Of a stretch of 64,000 nt of DNA, positions 47,801-59,400 are shown in pieces. A model generated the notes under the pieces. The model saw nothing but the letters and a program-made list of their open reading frames with translations. It did not search any database and had not been told where the DNA came from. The translations under genes were made by a program, and so were the position numbers. The DNA comes from Macrostomum lignano (Eukaryota). Each line of letters starts with the position of its first letter. The stretch's first letter is position 1. Location: the NCBI GenBank assembly GCA_002269645.1, contig NIVC01001192.1, positions 62,001 to 126,000 of the forward strand, given 5' to 3'.

Positions 47801-50544
47801 AGTCAGTCAGTCAGTCAGTCAGTCAGTCAGTCAGTCAGTCAGTCAGTCAGTCAGTAGCATGTCTGTCAGTCAAAATTCTTATAGAATAGTTTTTAGCTAA
47901 ATATTTGAATTCAAACGCAAATACCATTATTATTTGTGTGATAAAAATATGCTTTGGTCGTATTCTTGTTTGACATCGAAAACTGTCAGAGCAATAGTTT
48001 TTTAAAACTATAATATAGCTTTGTGTATGCCTGTGTGTTAATTCCCAGCTAGCTCAATAGCGCCTTTGTAAGTTTAGGTTACTGTGCATATACAACAAAT
48101 AGTACATCCGCATTCTGGATAGATAATTGAGAGCAAATTAGGCTTGTTAACTTCACAGTGTACTTATTATAACAAATAATAATACTATGTAGAATGATAT
48201 TTTATTGACATCTAAATCGTTATCAAACTCGGCGTTGCGGAACACAAATGCTCCATTTTATATGCAACTCTTGTTTGACCGGAAATCCGTTGGTCTGTAA
48301 AAAATGATCCGCTGTATTTTGTCTAGCTGTCTACTATTAGTAACATAATAAACAGCTACTAAATATGACTGTAATATATGATGCTCAGCTGAAATTTTCC
48401 TGTTTTTTATCTCAGTTTCTACATTACCAGCACCTGTAAGTTAAGCAGAGTTGGCCGCGTTTAGTGCTTAGCTGAATAGGCCGCTTGCATCACCCATCAA
48501 GGCAACAACTTGTCTTGAGCGAGTGTTAAGTTGAGCTGGGAGTTGCGATTCCAAATCAAGCCATTTTGCATTGGGCCAAGCGTATATTCATTTTGAATCG
48601 CATTGCAGACATCAAGCGAGGCGAGCTACTGCCAATGATTGTACCGCTGGATTTGACGTCTAATAAGCTCTGGACTGGAGCTTATAAGGACGCTGGCGAT
48701 GCTGCCGGAGATAGTATTAGGTACCTGGATCCGCTCAGCGATTGCAATGAAGTGCGATTTAAACTACCACTGTGAGTTGAAATCATTTTTATTTGGAAGC
48801 CAAATTTTTTAAGTGTATTTGTGATCCGCGAGCGGTGTTTGATACTTGGTGTTGATAATCTTGTACTTTTGGATGATCTCTTATGAGCATTATTGTATCT
48901 GGTAGAATGCTGCCACCAGAGTCTGTGCGTCCATAATACAGAAATCATAAATTAATATTGCAAACTCGATATAATTTTACTTTACCTGCTCTCTGCTTAG
49001 GTAGGTTCACTTAGTACAAAGATAGCTCAGTCATTCACATAAGATCACATAAGCACATTTAAGATCTCACAGAGACAGTTTGTTGTTGAACGCGATGCCA
49101 GCTGTTGCCAGCGCGGATCAGCCCTGAGACTGAGTAGAGTGATGGATCCTCCAGGAGCATAAGCTCGGGCCACCTAAATATTGGTTTCCTATGTGGCGCC
49201 TCTCTGCTGGGCGATTGGGACCCTTGTCGGGTTTAGGTATCCTAACTGCGAACGAAGCACAATATTTTTTGCAATGTTTAGCACCGCCAACCCGCTTGTG
49301 GACCTGCGGAGAGTTGATCCATCGAGTGCAAACTACCCAATAGACAGGGTCGACCGTAGGCGGGCACAAAGAGCCCAGCGAGATCAATTAAGCCTGTCAC
49401 CAAGGCACTGAACACCCTCCAATGCCTAGGATCCTCGGTATCTGGTGGATAACATTGGTACGGTGTTACCAACTTCTGGGGCTCACGCCTTGCAGGTGGT
49501 CATTTTGCCAGCTCCCTTTGCAAGTAGGTTCAACTAGCGCAATTGTACTCTTGAAGCAGCACAGAGCGTGTTAGTCTTCCTGAAATACGCACAGCTCAAC
49601 CGGCGACGCGTAAGTTCGTCACCCAACCCGCCGCGGTCACACAAATAACCCTACGGATCGGGTGCTCTAAAATCACGTAGACCGTTTTTAAAGTTTGTGA
49701 ACACTTAATTAATTTAGACAAACCGAATACGAACCTATTCTTAACCTTCATATAACTGTTATTGCCGTCTTCAACTATTTTGCCTGCTGAAAACTACTAT
49801 TAGTAACATGACGCAGAACTTAATAATAATGGTTCCGTCGCAAAACTGCCAGCCTCTTGCTGCCTACGAGTATTCAAAATCTGTCATTACTTGTAGCACA
49901 AAAACATCTTTTACAACTAGATTAAGTGAATAACGTTCCAAAATTTTCCTCCTTTATTTATTAAATAGTTCAACTTCAACTTCACTTATAAGTAGGCAAT
50001 ATAGGAGTTGTCAATCGTGATTTATTTCAGAGTGAACGCCAGTTCCACTGAATCATCAAACTGCGGCGTAGCATTTCAGCTGGTATCCGGCAGGCCCGTG
50101 TTCACCTGCGAGCCCACTAATCAGCGCCTGCCCGCTCTGATTAAATTTGCCCAAATTCCCTTGGTGAAGAAGCCGGCAGCAGCAGCCGCTGAAAACCTGT
50201 TTGTCACGTGTTTCACCGCCTGGGTTGCCAAACACCAGCCGGCCGCGTGCTCAACCGGTTGCATAGTTGGCATCGTAGCTGGTGCACTGGCGTTAGCCGT
50301 AGCGCTTTGCTTCCTAGTGGCCTGCTGTCGCCGGAAATGCTCCTGGAAGCGGTATTCCCTGACTGCTAGGAGGAGGCAGAACGCCGCCACCTGCAGGGAG
50401 GAGTCGGTCGGGTCCGGCGTAGAAGAGAAATCGCCAGCTTTGCCTGTCGATGCCGCTGTCGAGTCCGATCTGTCAGACGCTCAAGTCCAGATGATGCCCG
50501 GCAAAAGCGAAAAACCCAGAGAAACTGAAGCTCCAAAGCTCTGA
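44897..50544 (+). CDS. paralog A: signal peptide - CUB-like - atypical CTLD - TM receptor-like protein, 7 exons, 457 aa
   Basis: join(44897-44948, 45028-45110, 45412-45637, 47027-47108, 47202-47455, 48609-48771, 50031-50544) = 1374 nt, in frame. GYARNLHCRWVL...VDFD, VEFQSDN...AKGVQL (CUB-like); DYCYVDMLYHENYCYFIT...EAA, LWTG, CGVAF..FTCE (CTLD-like); TM IVGIVAGALALAVALCFLVACC. Confidence 0.85.
45255..45332. repeat. 23-24-bp x~3.5 repeat (CCTCAGGATTAGGCCATTTAAAT) in paralog A intron 2
   Basis: Seen directly. Confidence 0.8.
45886..46970. repeat. 16-bp minisatellite (CAGGGTTACCTGTCTA) with higher-order structure, paralog A intron 3
   Basis: About 67 monomers; variant CCACATAG recurs at 46122, 46330, 46506 and 46698. 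Confidence 0.96.
47570..47855. repeat. (TCAG)n microsatellite, paralog A intron 5
   Basis: Seen directly; explains the SQSV ORFs. Confidence 0.98.
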
Positions 50545-50754
50545 ATATTGCAAGAGTACCTCTCTCTTTTTTCATTTTTACCTGCTTATCAGTATAGTTT
50601 TTAATTTTCAGAGAGACCGGACAAGCAACACGCAAGAAACTATCAAAAATTTGGCTATGTATAAAAAATTAAAAATGAACACTTTCTTGCTCTTACGCTC
50701 TGCTTCATATGAAAGAATATAGGCTGATCACTTTTTCATTTGAGCGAAGGGGCT

Positions 50755-51065
50755 CTGAACACACTGGTGCACTTTTAGTGACATTGTCACACAACCAGCG
50801 AGAGGCATTACTGTCCATTGCATCGACTCCCCTGAGCAGGCACACAAGCGCGTGGATACGTACGCAGTCATACGCACAGGCACACACAGGAGTGTACAGC
50901 GGCCCTAACTTCATTTATCTTAGGTATGTACACTTCACTGTGCCTTGGGGCTTGGCCCAAGCTGAGATTCCAATTTAGCCCCAAATGAATGTGACTGCAC
51001 TTGGAATCGAGCCTGGGCCGCTGGTACTTCAGAGCGCCGCGCCAGCCCACTGGGCTACGACCCCC
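50755..51065 (-). mobile_element. SINE family 2 copy between paralogs A and B
   Basis: Reverse complement GGGGTCGTAGCCCAGTGG...AGGCTCGATTCCAAGTGCAG; body shared with the 35095 copy. Confidence 0.85.
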
Positions 51066-52504
51066 ATAGTTTAATGAAAGGTGACTGTTTAGTTGTGGCC
51101 ACATTTCAGGTGGCAACATTAATTACTCTAATAAAGTGTATTAATTCTTTCTGAAACATGTGGCTCAATTTAATGATAGCTTATTCTGTATTAATTGTCC
51201 GATTTCGTTAAATACAAATAACATTTCAAGTTTAAATTAGATTTTTATAATCTGCTCAATATTCCAGCACAATTTAATTGGTATAGTAGTGAAGCCTTAA
51301 GCCCAATAGCTTAATTGAAATTAATTGGTGAATGAATTTCCATATTCCATATTTTCAGCTCTTTTCGGTGGTGTCTGTTTTTCAATTACTTTTTTTTAGT
51401 TAAACTTGCAGGAGCTAAATGAAACAAACTGTAAAGATTTTGTTGCGCGCTAGCTTTGCATTTTACAGTCCCTTCACGAAGCACAAAACAACTTAAAATT
51501 TTAAGCAGCTGATCGTCTATCTAATGGGTTTTATCCTTAGTTTTCCTCTTTTGAACAAAGTGTTTTTTCTTCGCTAATTTTTGGTCTTTAATCCGCGATT
51601 TTATTTCTGAACTCCGTTGGCAATGTAACTGTACTGGAAATTTATATTTCTATATGATTAATTTACGATATTGCACGTCAGAACAGAATAATCAGATGTA
51701 TTCTTTCGATTTAAAATATTTATTATAACATGCACGAGTATAGCCAATATGAATGATGATTGAAAGTGTACCCCCGATTTGCTATTGCTTGTCATATTGA
51801 AATTTCGACATATTTTTATTCTTAACTGCTTACTCATGCCTTGCTTATTTCATCGCCTTGCTATTGTTAAAGTACACATTTTTAAAAAAGCATAGCTGCT
51901 CATTTTTATTCATTTTTTGGATGAATCGGTCCTATCGCATTGTTTCATTGCCAATTGTTTTTGTTGCATGTTTCACAACGGTAAATGTACCCATCCGCCT
52001 TGTCCATCTTGGTGCTAAGTGTTCGTTTATGGTTTGTCAACTAACTTGTTCATTTTCTGTTAGGTAACATCTGGGTAGCAACTTAGGAAACAATGCAAAA
52101 AACTTATTTTGTTTTACTCACGGGTTACAGCTGTGCACCTACCTGATTATGCAATTAAGCAAACCTGTCTCGTACACAATACAAGTAGTTGAGGCCTATT
52201 TATCAATATTTTCTTCTTTGTAATTTCTGCGCTTACTTAGTCTTGTACACACCAATAAAGCGTATTATTTAGAGGCTTGTGTATTATATACACATATATG
52301 TATATAACGATTTTTCTTTATTCATTTTCTAAACATCATTTAGACTAGAGTGACCATTTAGATTGCATGCTGCTTGGAACCCTCCCGACTCACAGAAACT
52401 ATGGGCAAGTTTTTGTCGCGTATTTTATATAAGTTAGAAAACTTATATATCAAATCAATAGTAAATATTCATCCTAATTGCCTCGTTTCAGCACAAAAAA
52501 ATCA

Positions 52505-55240
52505 ATGAAGCAATCGACTTATTTTACAGTGGCTCTGCTACTACTTTTCTGTAAGCTTGTGTGGTTTTTTTCAATTAGAAAACTATAAATGGATCCTACT
52601 TACGGTAGTATATCAATGGCTACGCTTTTAAATTGCATTTACAGTTGTGTTAGTCAATGCGAAAGATCTTTATTGCATCGACAGGGCGACTTATAACCAG
52701 ACAGTTGACTTTAGTAGCGATTCGAGGGTAAGAAATGCTTATTTAATCGTACTTACTCTGCCTCTGAACAAAAACGCAAGTGATTTGTCTTTTTGTTGTT
52801 GCAAATTGTCTCACTTTAAGTAACAATTACGTAATGTTTACGCTCCCAGGTGATGACTTATGTTAAAGACGAGCCGGGCTACCAGGTGAACCTGCAGTGC
52901 AAGTGGATTCTGCAGCCTGCCAACTACGATAAGCCCAGTCAGATGTACATTCGTGTGCCCGTTATCGACTTTGACGTCAACAATGTAACAGAGGCTCAGT
53001 GCAGCCTTTCCAATCCCAATGTTGATGTGTTCAGTATGAAGCTGAAGATGAACGATAGTAAGTGGTGGCCTAGGGAGCTGAAATGCTCATTTGCACTCGT
53101 ATATCACTCATATGTCACCTCGATCCTCACTAATTTACTAGCGTTTGTGTATTTCAATTTCAGCTGCATCATCTCTGAATGAGTTCTGGTGCTCAAACAA
53201 TTCAGTGAAAGTCAAGAGCCAAATCGTGAACTTGTGGGACTCGTGAGTGTCTTGGAGAGTATGTGTCAGTCTTAGTTTTTCTTGGAAATTCATATTTTCA
53301 TGCTTGATCCACCTTTGCTCAGGTCGTACAAACTGGCTTTGGAGTTCCGCTCTGACGATAAGCAAGTCTGGTCCAACGCCAAGGGAGTGCAGGTGGATGT
53401 GCAGGTGCTGGGCAGAGATTATTGCCACAGGACCATGCTGTTCTTTGAGGGCTCCTGCTATCTGATAACACCTGAGCGCCTGACACCTGCTGAGGCGTTC
53501 AACATCGCAAAGAATTACCTTGGCAACGTCTTCACGGTTCCTAAAAACAGAAACGACTCAGACTTTTTCCGTCCGTTCATTCAGCGAAGTGAGCTGCTTT
53601 GTTCAGTGCTTTCTTTAACGTGGTGTGGCCTTTTTCTTTTACTAATTATTGTTTGCATCTCTGCAGACTCTGACAGGCTCGAGGAGTTCCCATTTGAGTC
53701 TCCGCTGTCCCTAACCGGAAGCAAGGTGTGGACCGGCTACTTTATCCGCTTTCTCGACAATCCAACCGCCTCGGACGTCGCCGATAACATCCTGTCTGCC
53801 CAGTTCTTGGATCCGTTGAACTATTGCATCGTTGGCAGCAGGAAGTTGACCGGGTTAGTTCTTTTTCTCTAACCTCTAAACCTCTAAAAAGAGATTGTAG
53901 CCTAGTGGTCAGAGCGTCGGACTCACGACTTGAAGGTCGGGGGTTCTATTCTTGACTCACTCGGAACAATTTGTGTCCTTGAGCAAGACACTTAACTCTG
54001 CATTGCTTCAGTTCACCCAGCTGTAAAATGGGTGCCATTGTAAAATTAGCTGGGATAATTGAGGGTGTGCGTGACGACCCCCCAGTCCTTGGACTGAACA
54101 GCCGTACGCAGCTTTCAGATGCGCCGCGCAATACCTGCGGATGAGCTGTCGGTTGCACATCTGCCCATTAAGGCAGGTGTAATCAATTATTATTTTTTTT
54201 GACAGTACAGATTAATCTTTCTGGCTCGTGTTGGCCTGAAACTTGGGACGATTTTCGCATAATGAGGGACAATCCTCAAGATGCAGGTTGTGTACGTGTC
54301 TGACGATGACACTGTGCCTGCGTACGTATCAGTGTGCGTGCTCTTCACGTCCTCGTTCGTCAGCGTAAATGGTCATGACTGTCTTCCTCGCTGGCGGCGG
54401 GTCGACCGTCGCTTCGATTTCTTAGAGGCGGGGGCTGTGTTCACCCTGGCGCATAGAACGCTGCGCTTTACCACTGCCCCCCCCCCCTGAGCAGCCGAGC
54501 TTTTTAGACCAATATGCCAAATCTCGTTTAAGGGCGTTTTTAGTTGCAACTGCATCGAGATATAAAGCAAAAATCCTAGTGCCGAATGAAACGTCAAGAT
54601 ACGTAACTTAGAAATAGTCAATTTAAAAATCAATATCAGTCGAAAGAATCCTCCTAGTATTGTTGAATGTTTTATATTCATTCAGTGATGCAATTTACAT
54701 TAAATTCTAGTTTCGCGTTTAGTCATTACATCAATTTTCCCGCTATTTTTGAGGCAGCTCTTGTCTTATTTTTGTGAAAATTCTAAATCATACGGTACAG
54801 AAAGTGTAACAAATGGCCCAAAACTGTCTTTTTTTAGCACCCTCGGAGCCGGATTGAATGTCCAGAATAAACAGAGTCAGTGCGCCGTAGCCCTAGAATT
54901 TACCAACAATGGTGACGTGAAATTCACCTGCGAACCAACTGACCTGCGACTGCCAGCCCTGATCGAATTCAAGCAGATTCCAGCCGCGAATAATGCCAGC
55001 CTGCACTTGCAACTGTTTAGAACTTGCAACTATCTTTCAGGAGACGGCCCGTCAGCTGATGTCGGTGGATTTTCATGCAAAATTGGCTGCGTAATCAGCC
55101 TGTCAGGGGCCGGCTTGGCCATTCTGTTTGTAGTTCTACTGTGCGCCTGCTGCGTCTATTGCGCCTGCTGTCGGAAGCGCGACTCGCCCTGGGAAGAATT
55201 TGTTATTCCGCAACACGAAGTGGAGCCTTTTACAGCTTGA
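52505..55240 (+). CDS. paralog B: signal peptide - CUB-like - atypical CTLD - TM protein, 7 exons, 423 aa
   Basis: join(52505-52550, 52646-52728, 52850-53057, 53164-53242, 53323-53588, 53667-53853, 54838-55240) = 1272 nt, in frame; same intron phases as paralog A (1,0,1,2,1,2); TM VISLSGAGLAILFVVLLCACCVYCACC; AATAAA at 55258. Confidence 0.87.
53892..54170 (+). mobile_element. SINE family 1 copy in paralog B intron 6
   Basis: TGTAGCCTAGTGG A-box; GTGTCCTTGAGCAAGACACTTAAC...CAGCTGTAAAATGGG central domain. Confidence 0.87.
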
Positions 55241-56427
55241 TAGTCGATGGTGTAATTAATAAAGTTTGAAGTGCTGAGCTGTCTTAATCCTGCTTGTTAC
55301 ATGCTTCTATCCATGCTTATACATTTGTACACTTATTATGCTTAAAATATTCGCTTAAGGTACACGTTACCTCATCACACTACCGAGCCTGTACGTACAA
55401 TCTATAAATTGTAAATAAACTTTTGGGGTGGGTGGCTCCCGCCACAGTTATAAGATCTGATCCATCGATTATTTGATTTGAGTCGTTCCACCACGTGAGT
55501 TGCTTCAAGGTTTGGCGTTACAGAACACGTCATATTCGTCGAAACGTCTGTCAAATCGTAGCAAGAGTTTTTTAAACAAAAGAAAATTATTTTTGGCTGG
55601 TTGGCTGTGTTAGTTTTAAATGATAATACTATTACGAATAAAATAGATTTTCAATAGATCGATCATTACTCTGCTTATGCTTAGTTTGAGACATTATCTA
55701 TAGAATATTCATTTGTAAATAATGAGCATACTGTTTTTACAGTTCAAGATACAGTATTTAGCTTATTTTTGCCCTGTGCAATATATTTTTCATATTGTGC
55801 AGATGTTTAGGATAGGTTTTTTTCTGTAAATATGATTTACCTGCACTGCAGCTACTGAGCTTACCAGCTGACCAGAATCTAGTCGAGTTTTCAATCACTG
55901 TTTTTAAGACCATTTTTTGTCTGTAAATCAATCATCCACTGTGCATGTAGACTGTTTTACATTTTCTCTCAACCATAGATGCACAGTGCAATTGATTTTT
56001 TGTTGTTTTTCTCATTAGTCCTCTTTTACCATCTTTTACCATGCATATTTACTATTTGACCTTGTCCTTTTAATTGTAATTAAATTCTTGAATTGCACTT
56101 GTTCATCATCTATAAAGCAATTTTTGCACCTGTCTCGCGCAGCTCTTCTTCGAAGCTGTTTTACACCTGTAATTAATTAATAAACTTGATAAACAAAATG
56201 CGTTGATTGCCCGCAGATGGTTGACTTCGATGGCTTTATATTTTGTCAATTATGGCGTTGTTATAAAAAGAGCATATACCAGTACAGTTGAATATTTTTA
56301 AGCTTACTATAAACTAATAATTTATAGGGCTATAGCTAACAAGCATAACCTTAGTTTCATTTTAGTTTTTAATAAACAATATGCTTTAGCATCCTTTGTA
56401 AAATTGTGTATTTCAGCCGTGAGAACA

Positions 56428-59400
56428 ATGCTTTTTCGATCTGTCAGCCTTACAATTTTTATTCTGATGTCCGGTAAGTTATTAAATCAATCAAATCTTA
56501 GTTTTTTTATATTTTTCATTCGTTATTTTTATAAATTGAAAATCAAAAAGGGCTTGTCAACTTGAGCTCATAAAGTGAAGCCCGAGTAACCTACGTACAC
56601 AAATGACACTAGGAAGACTGGTTTGGAAAACATAGGAAGACTTAAGCTCATAAAGTAGAGTCCCTATTATCCCTTTGCTTGTTTTCCCCTATCCCAATCC
56701 AATTTTCGTCACTTTTTTGCCAAACCCAACTTCCTATTGTCATTGTGAGCAGAATGACGTATCGTTTATGTACATAGGCTATACGGGCTCCACTTTATGA
56801 GCTCAAGTTGACAGGCACTTTGTAAACAACTTCATAACGTGATCTTCGAGTATGAGCGGTTTTCTAACACCATGAATAACTGGTTCGGGAAGTTTCTGGG
56901 TTAGAAGCATCCCGAAAATGTTAATAAAGCTAATAATTTGACCATCCGTTCTAATAAAAAATATGAGTATATTCCCTAACGCCTAACTTCAGTAGCGACT
57001 GTCGGAGCTGAGGATCAGCACTGTATGGACAAGGCCGTTAAGGATATCAACGTTGAAATCGGTGGCGACAACCCACAGCGGGTAAATATAAAAAGTGTCG
57101 GTTTTTCTTTTTCCATTATGCCAGCAGCAGGTTTGAGCAGTGAACCAAGTCAGGTAACACTAACGCGTCTGAATCTCGCGCACAGTGGTTCCGACAATAC
57201 AATTATTGTACAATACGCCAACGTGCCTTTGCTTCGGCTTTTCGTGGGACTCACGCTTCTGAGCGCCTAATACTGAGGCATAGATGCGTACATGTATGTA
57301 CTGTATGCTGATAATGATATTGCCAGAGCAGCTGTACATGCTGTCTGCTTGTGTACGTATCCGTGTGCTTACGCGCTTTTGGGGTTAAATGGGTTACTTC
57401 ATACTTCTTAATTATCCGTTGATGTACAGCTTTTGTTAATTAATTTTTTCACTTCAGGTGATGACCTACATTCGAGACGAGCCAGGCTACCAGGTGAACC
57501 TGCAGTGCAAGTGGACTCTGCAGCCTCCCAACTACGATAAACCGAGGCAGATGTACATTCGGGTGCCCGTTATCGACTTTGACACCAACGATGTGTCTGA
57601 GGCTCAGTGCAATATCTCCAATCCAAATATCGATATTCTCACATTTTCACTGAAGCAAAGTTTGAGTACGTGACTTTTAATATCAATGATCTTTCGCGTT
57701 ATAAAAATAAATTCAAGCAGAACTCGGCTGTTTTTCAGGGGAAGAGGAGATTAATCCCTGTAATGGAGGCCAGAGTACGTACATGTCGATGCAGACTTCA
57801 GGTGAGTAATCTGTGTGATTCTTTGTTTCATTTTCATTTATTTGAATTCAACTGCTTATTCTAAGCAGCAACATTGGGTCCTGTGTAATTTGCAGCCGAA
57901 GAGAAGCCACAATACATGTGCTCAAGCAAGTCATTCAAAATCAAGGAGCAAATCGTGAACTTGTGGGACCCGTGAGTGTCTTGAAACATCTGTGATTTTT
58001 CGTGCATCATGTGGAAATGGATTTTAGTATTTGCTCTCTTACCTTTGCTCAGGTCGTACAAGCTGGCTTTGGAGTTCCGCTCTGATGATAAGCAAGTCCG
58101 GTCCAACGCCAAGGGAGTGCAGGTGGATGTGCAGGTGCTGGGCAGAGACTATTGCCACAGGACCATGCTGTTCTTTGAGGGCTCCTGCTATCTGATAACA
58201 CCTGAGCGCCTGACACCTGCTGAGGCGTTCAACATCTCGAAGAATTACCTTGGCAACCTCTTCACTGTTCCTAAAAACAGAAACGACTCAGACTTTTTCC
58301 GTCCGTTCGTTCAGCGAAGTGAGTTTCAGGTTTCTAATTCTGTGAAATGTACAGTACAGTCTGCATTGTTGTGTATTGTACCTAATGTAATCTTGTATAT
58401 ATGGGGATTCCTTCAAGAGGACATTGCGATTTCATTGCGAAATTCGAAACAGCGAACCAGATTACTAAATTTATTCGTTTTGTGAAGCTATAGAAAAAAC
58501 TGGAAAGACAGCACACCCTGTCATTTCTGTCGCGTCGCCCAGTGTAACTTCAGCCTGGTTTACCGATATAGAGGCGGATACATAAGAGGTGGATACATAA
58601 GAGGTGGATACATAAGAAGTGGATGCATAAAAGGTGGATACATAACATTGCTTTGTTATAGCTTTTGCTTTTGCTTTGTTTTGTTTGCTTTACTCGGTAC
58701 CAAGGGGGCTGTAGCCCAGTGGTTAGAGCATCGGACTCACGACTTGAAGGTCAGGGGTTCGATTTCCGATCCCTGTGGAACAATTTGCGTCTTGAGCAAA
58801 GCACTTAACTCTGCATTGCTTCGGTTCACCCATCTGTAAAATGGGTGCCAGCATTAGCTGGGGTAATTGAGGGTGTGTCGCGACCCCCCCCCCCCCCCCC
58901 CAGTACTTGGGCTGAACAGCCGTATGCAGCTTTCAGATGCGCCGCGCAATAGCTGCGTCTGAGCTGTCGGTTGCATATCTGCCCATTAGGTATAAAGAGG
59001 AGATGGTTAGCGCTCAATTCTCTTGTCCAAGCCAGCCGCAAAAAACCGGCATCAAGCTGATGCAGCGATCTGTTGGTCGCTTCGAAGACTCCCTCTTGCT
59101 TCTAAAAGATCGTGAACGTCAACGTCAGGTGTGTAAGTAGGATTGTTGAGAAGACAACGCAGCACACATTCGACAGAACCTTGTGCGTGGAAGGCTAGAT
59201 TATTAAGATGCATCAGTTGATGTGTTCCTTATTACCAAGACCTTTCTTAGTAATCAAGAAACAATCACTTCTAGCTACTGCTAGGCAACCCAGTAATCAA
59301 ACGAAGGTATTTATTACCTTGAGTCCTGTTTTTTAGAGCTCTTCCTTGCGTAGATCTCGGTCTTCTTGACTTGTTAGACGTCTATGGTTTGTAGACCAGG

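Noticed and set aside
49118-49560. GC-richer patch in paralog A intron 6 with faint LINE-like words (ILVSYVAPLCW)
   Set aside because: Too degenerate to assign without a search.
58704-58780. tRNA gene
   Set aside because: A and B boxes are present, but the acceptor stem is not closed and the sequence continues into a body shared by three dispersed copies, so it is a SINE head.
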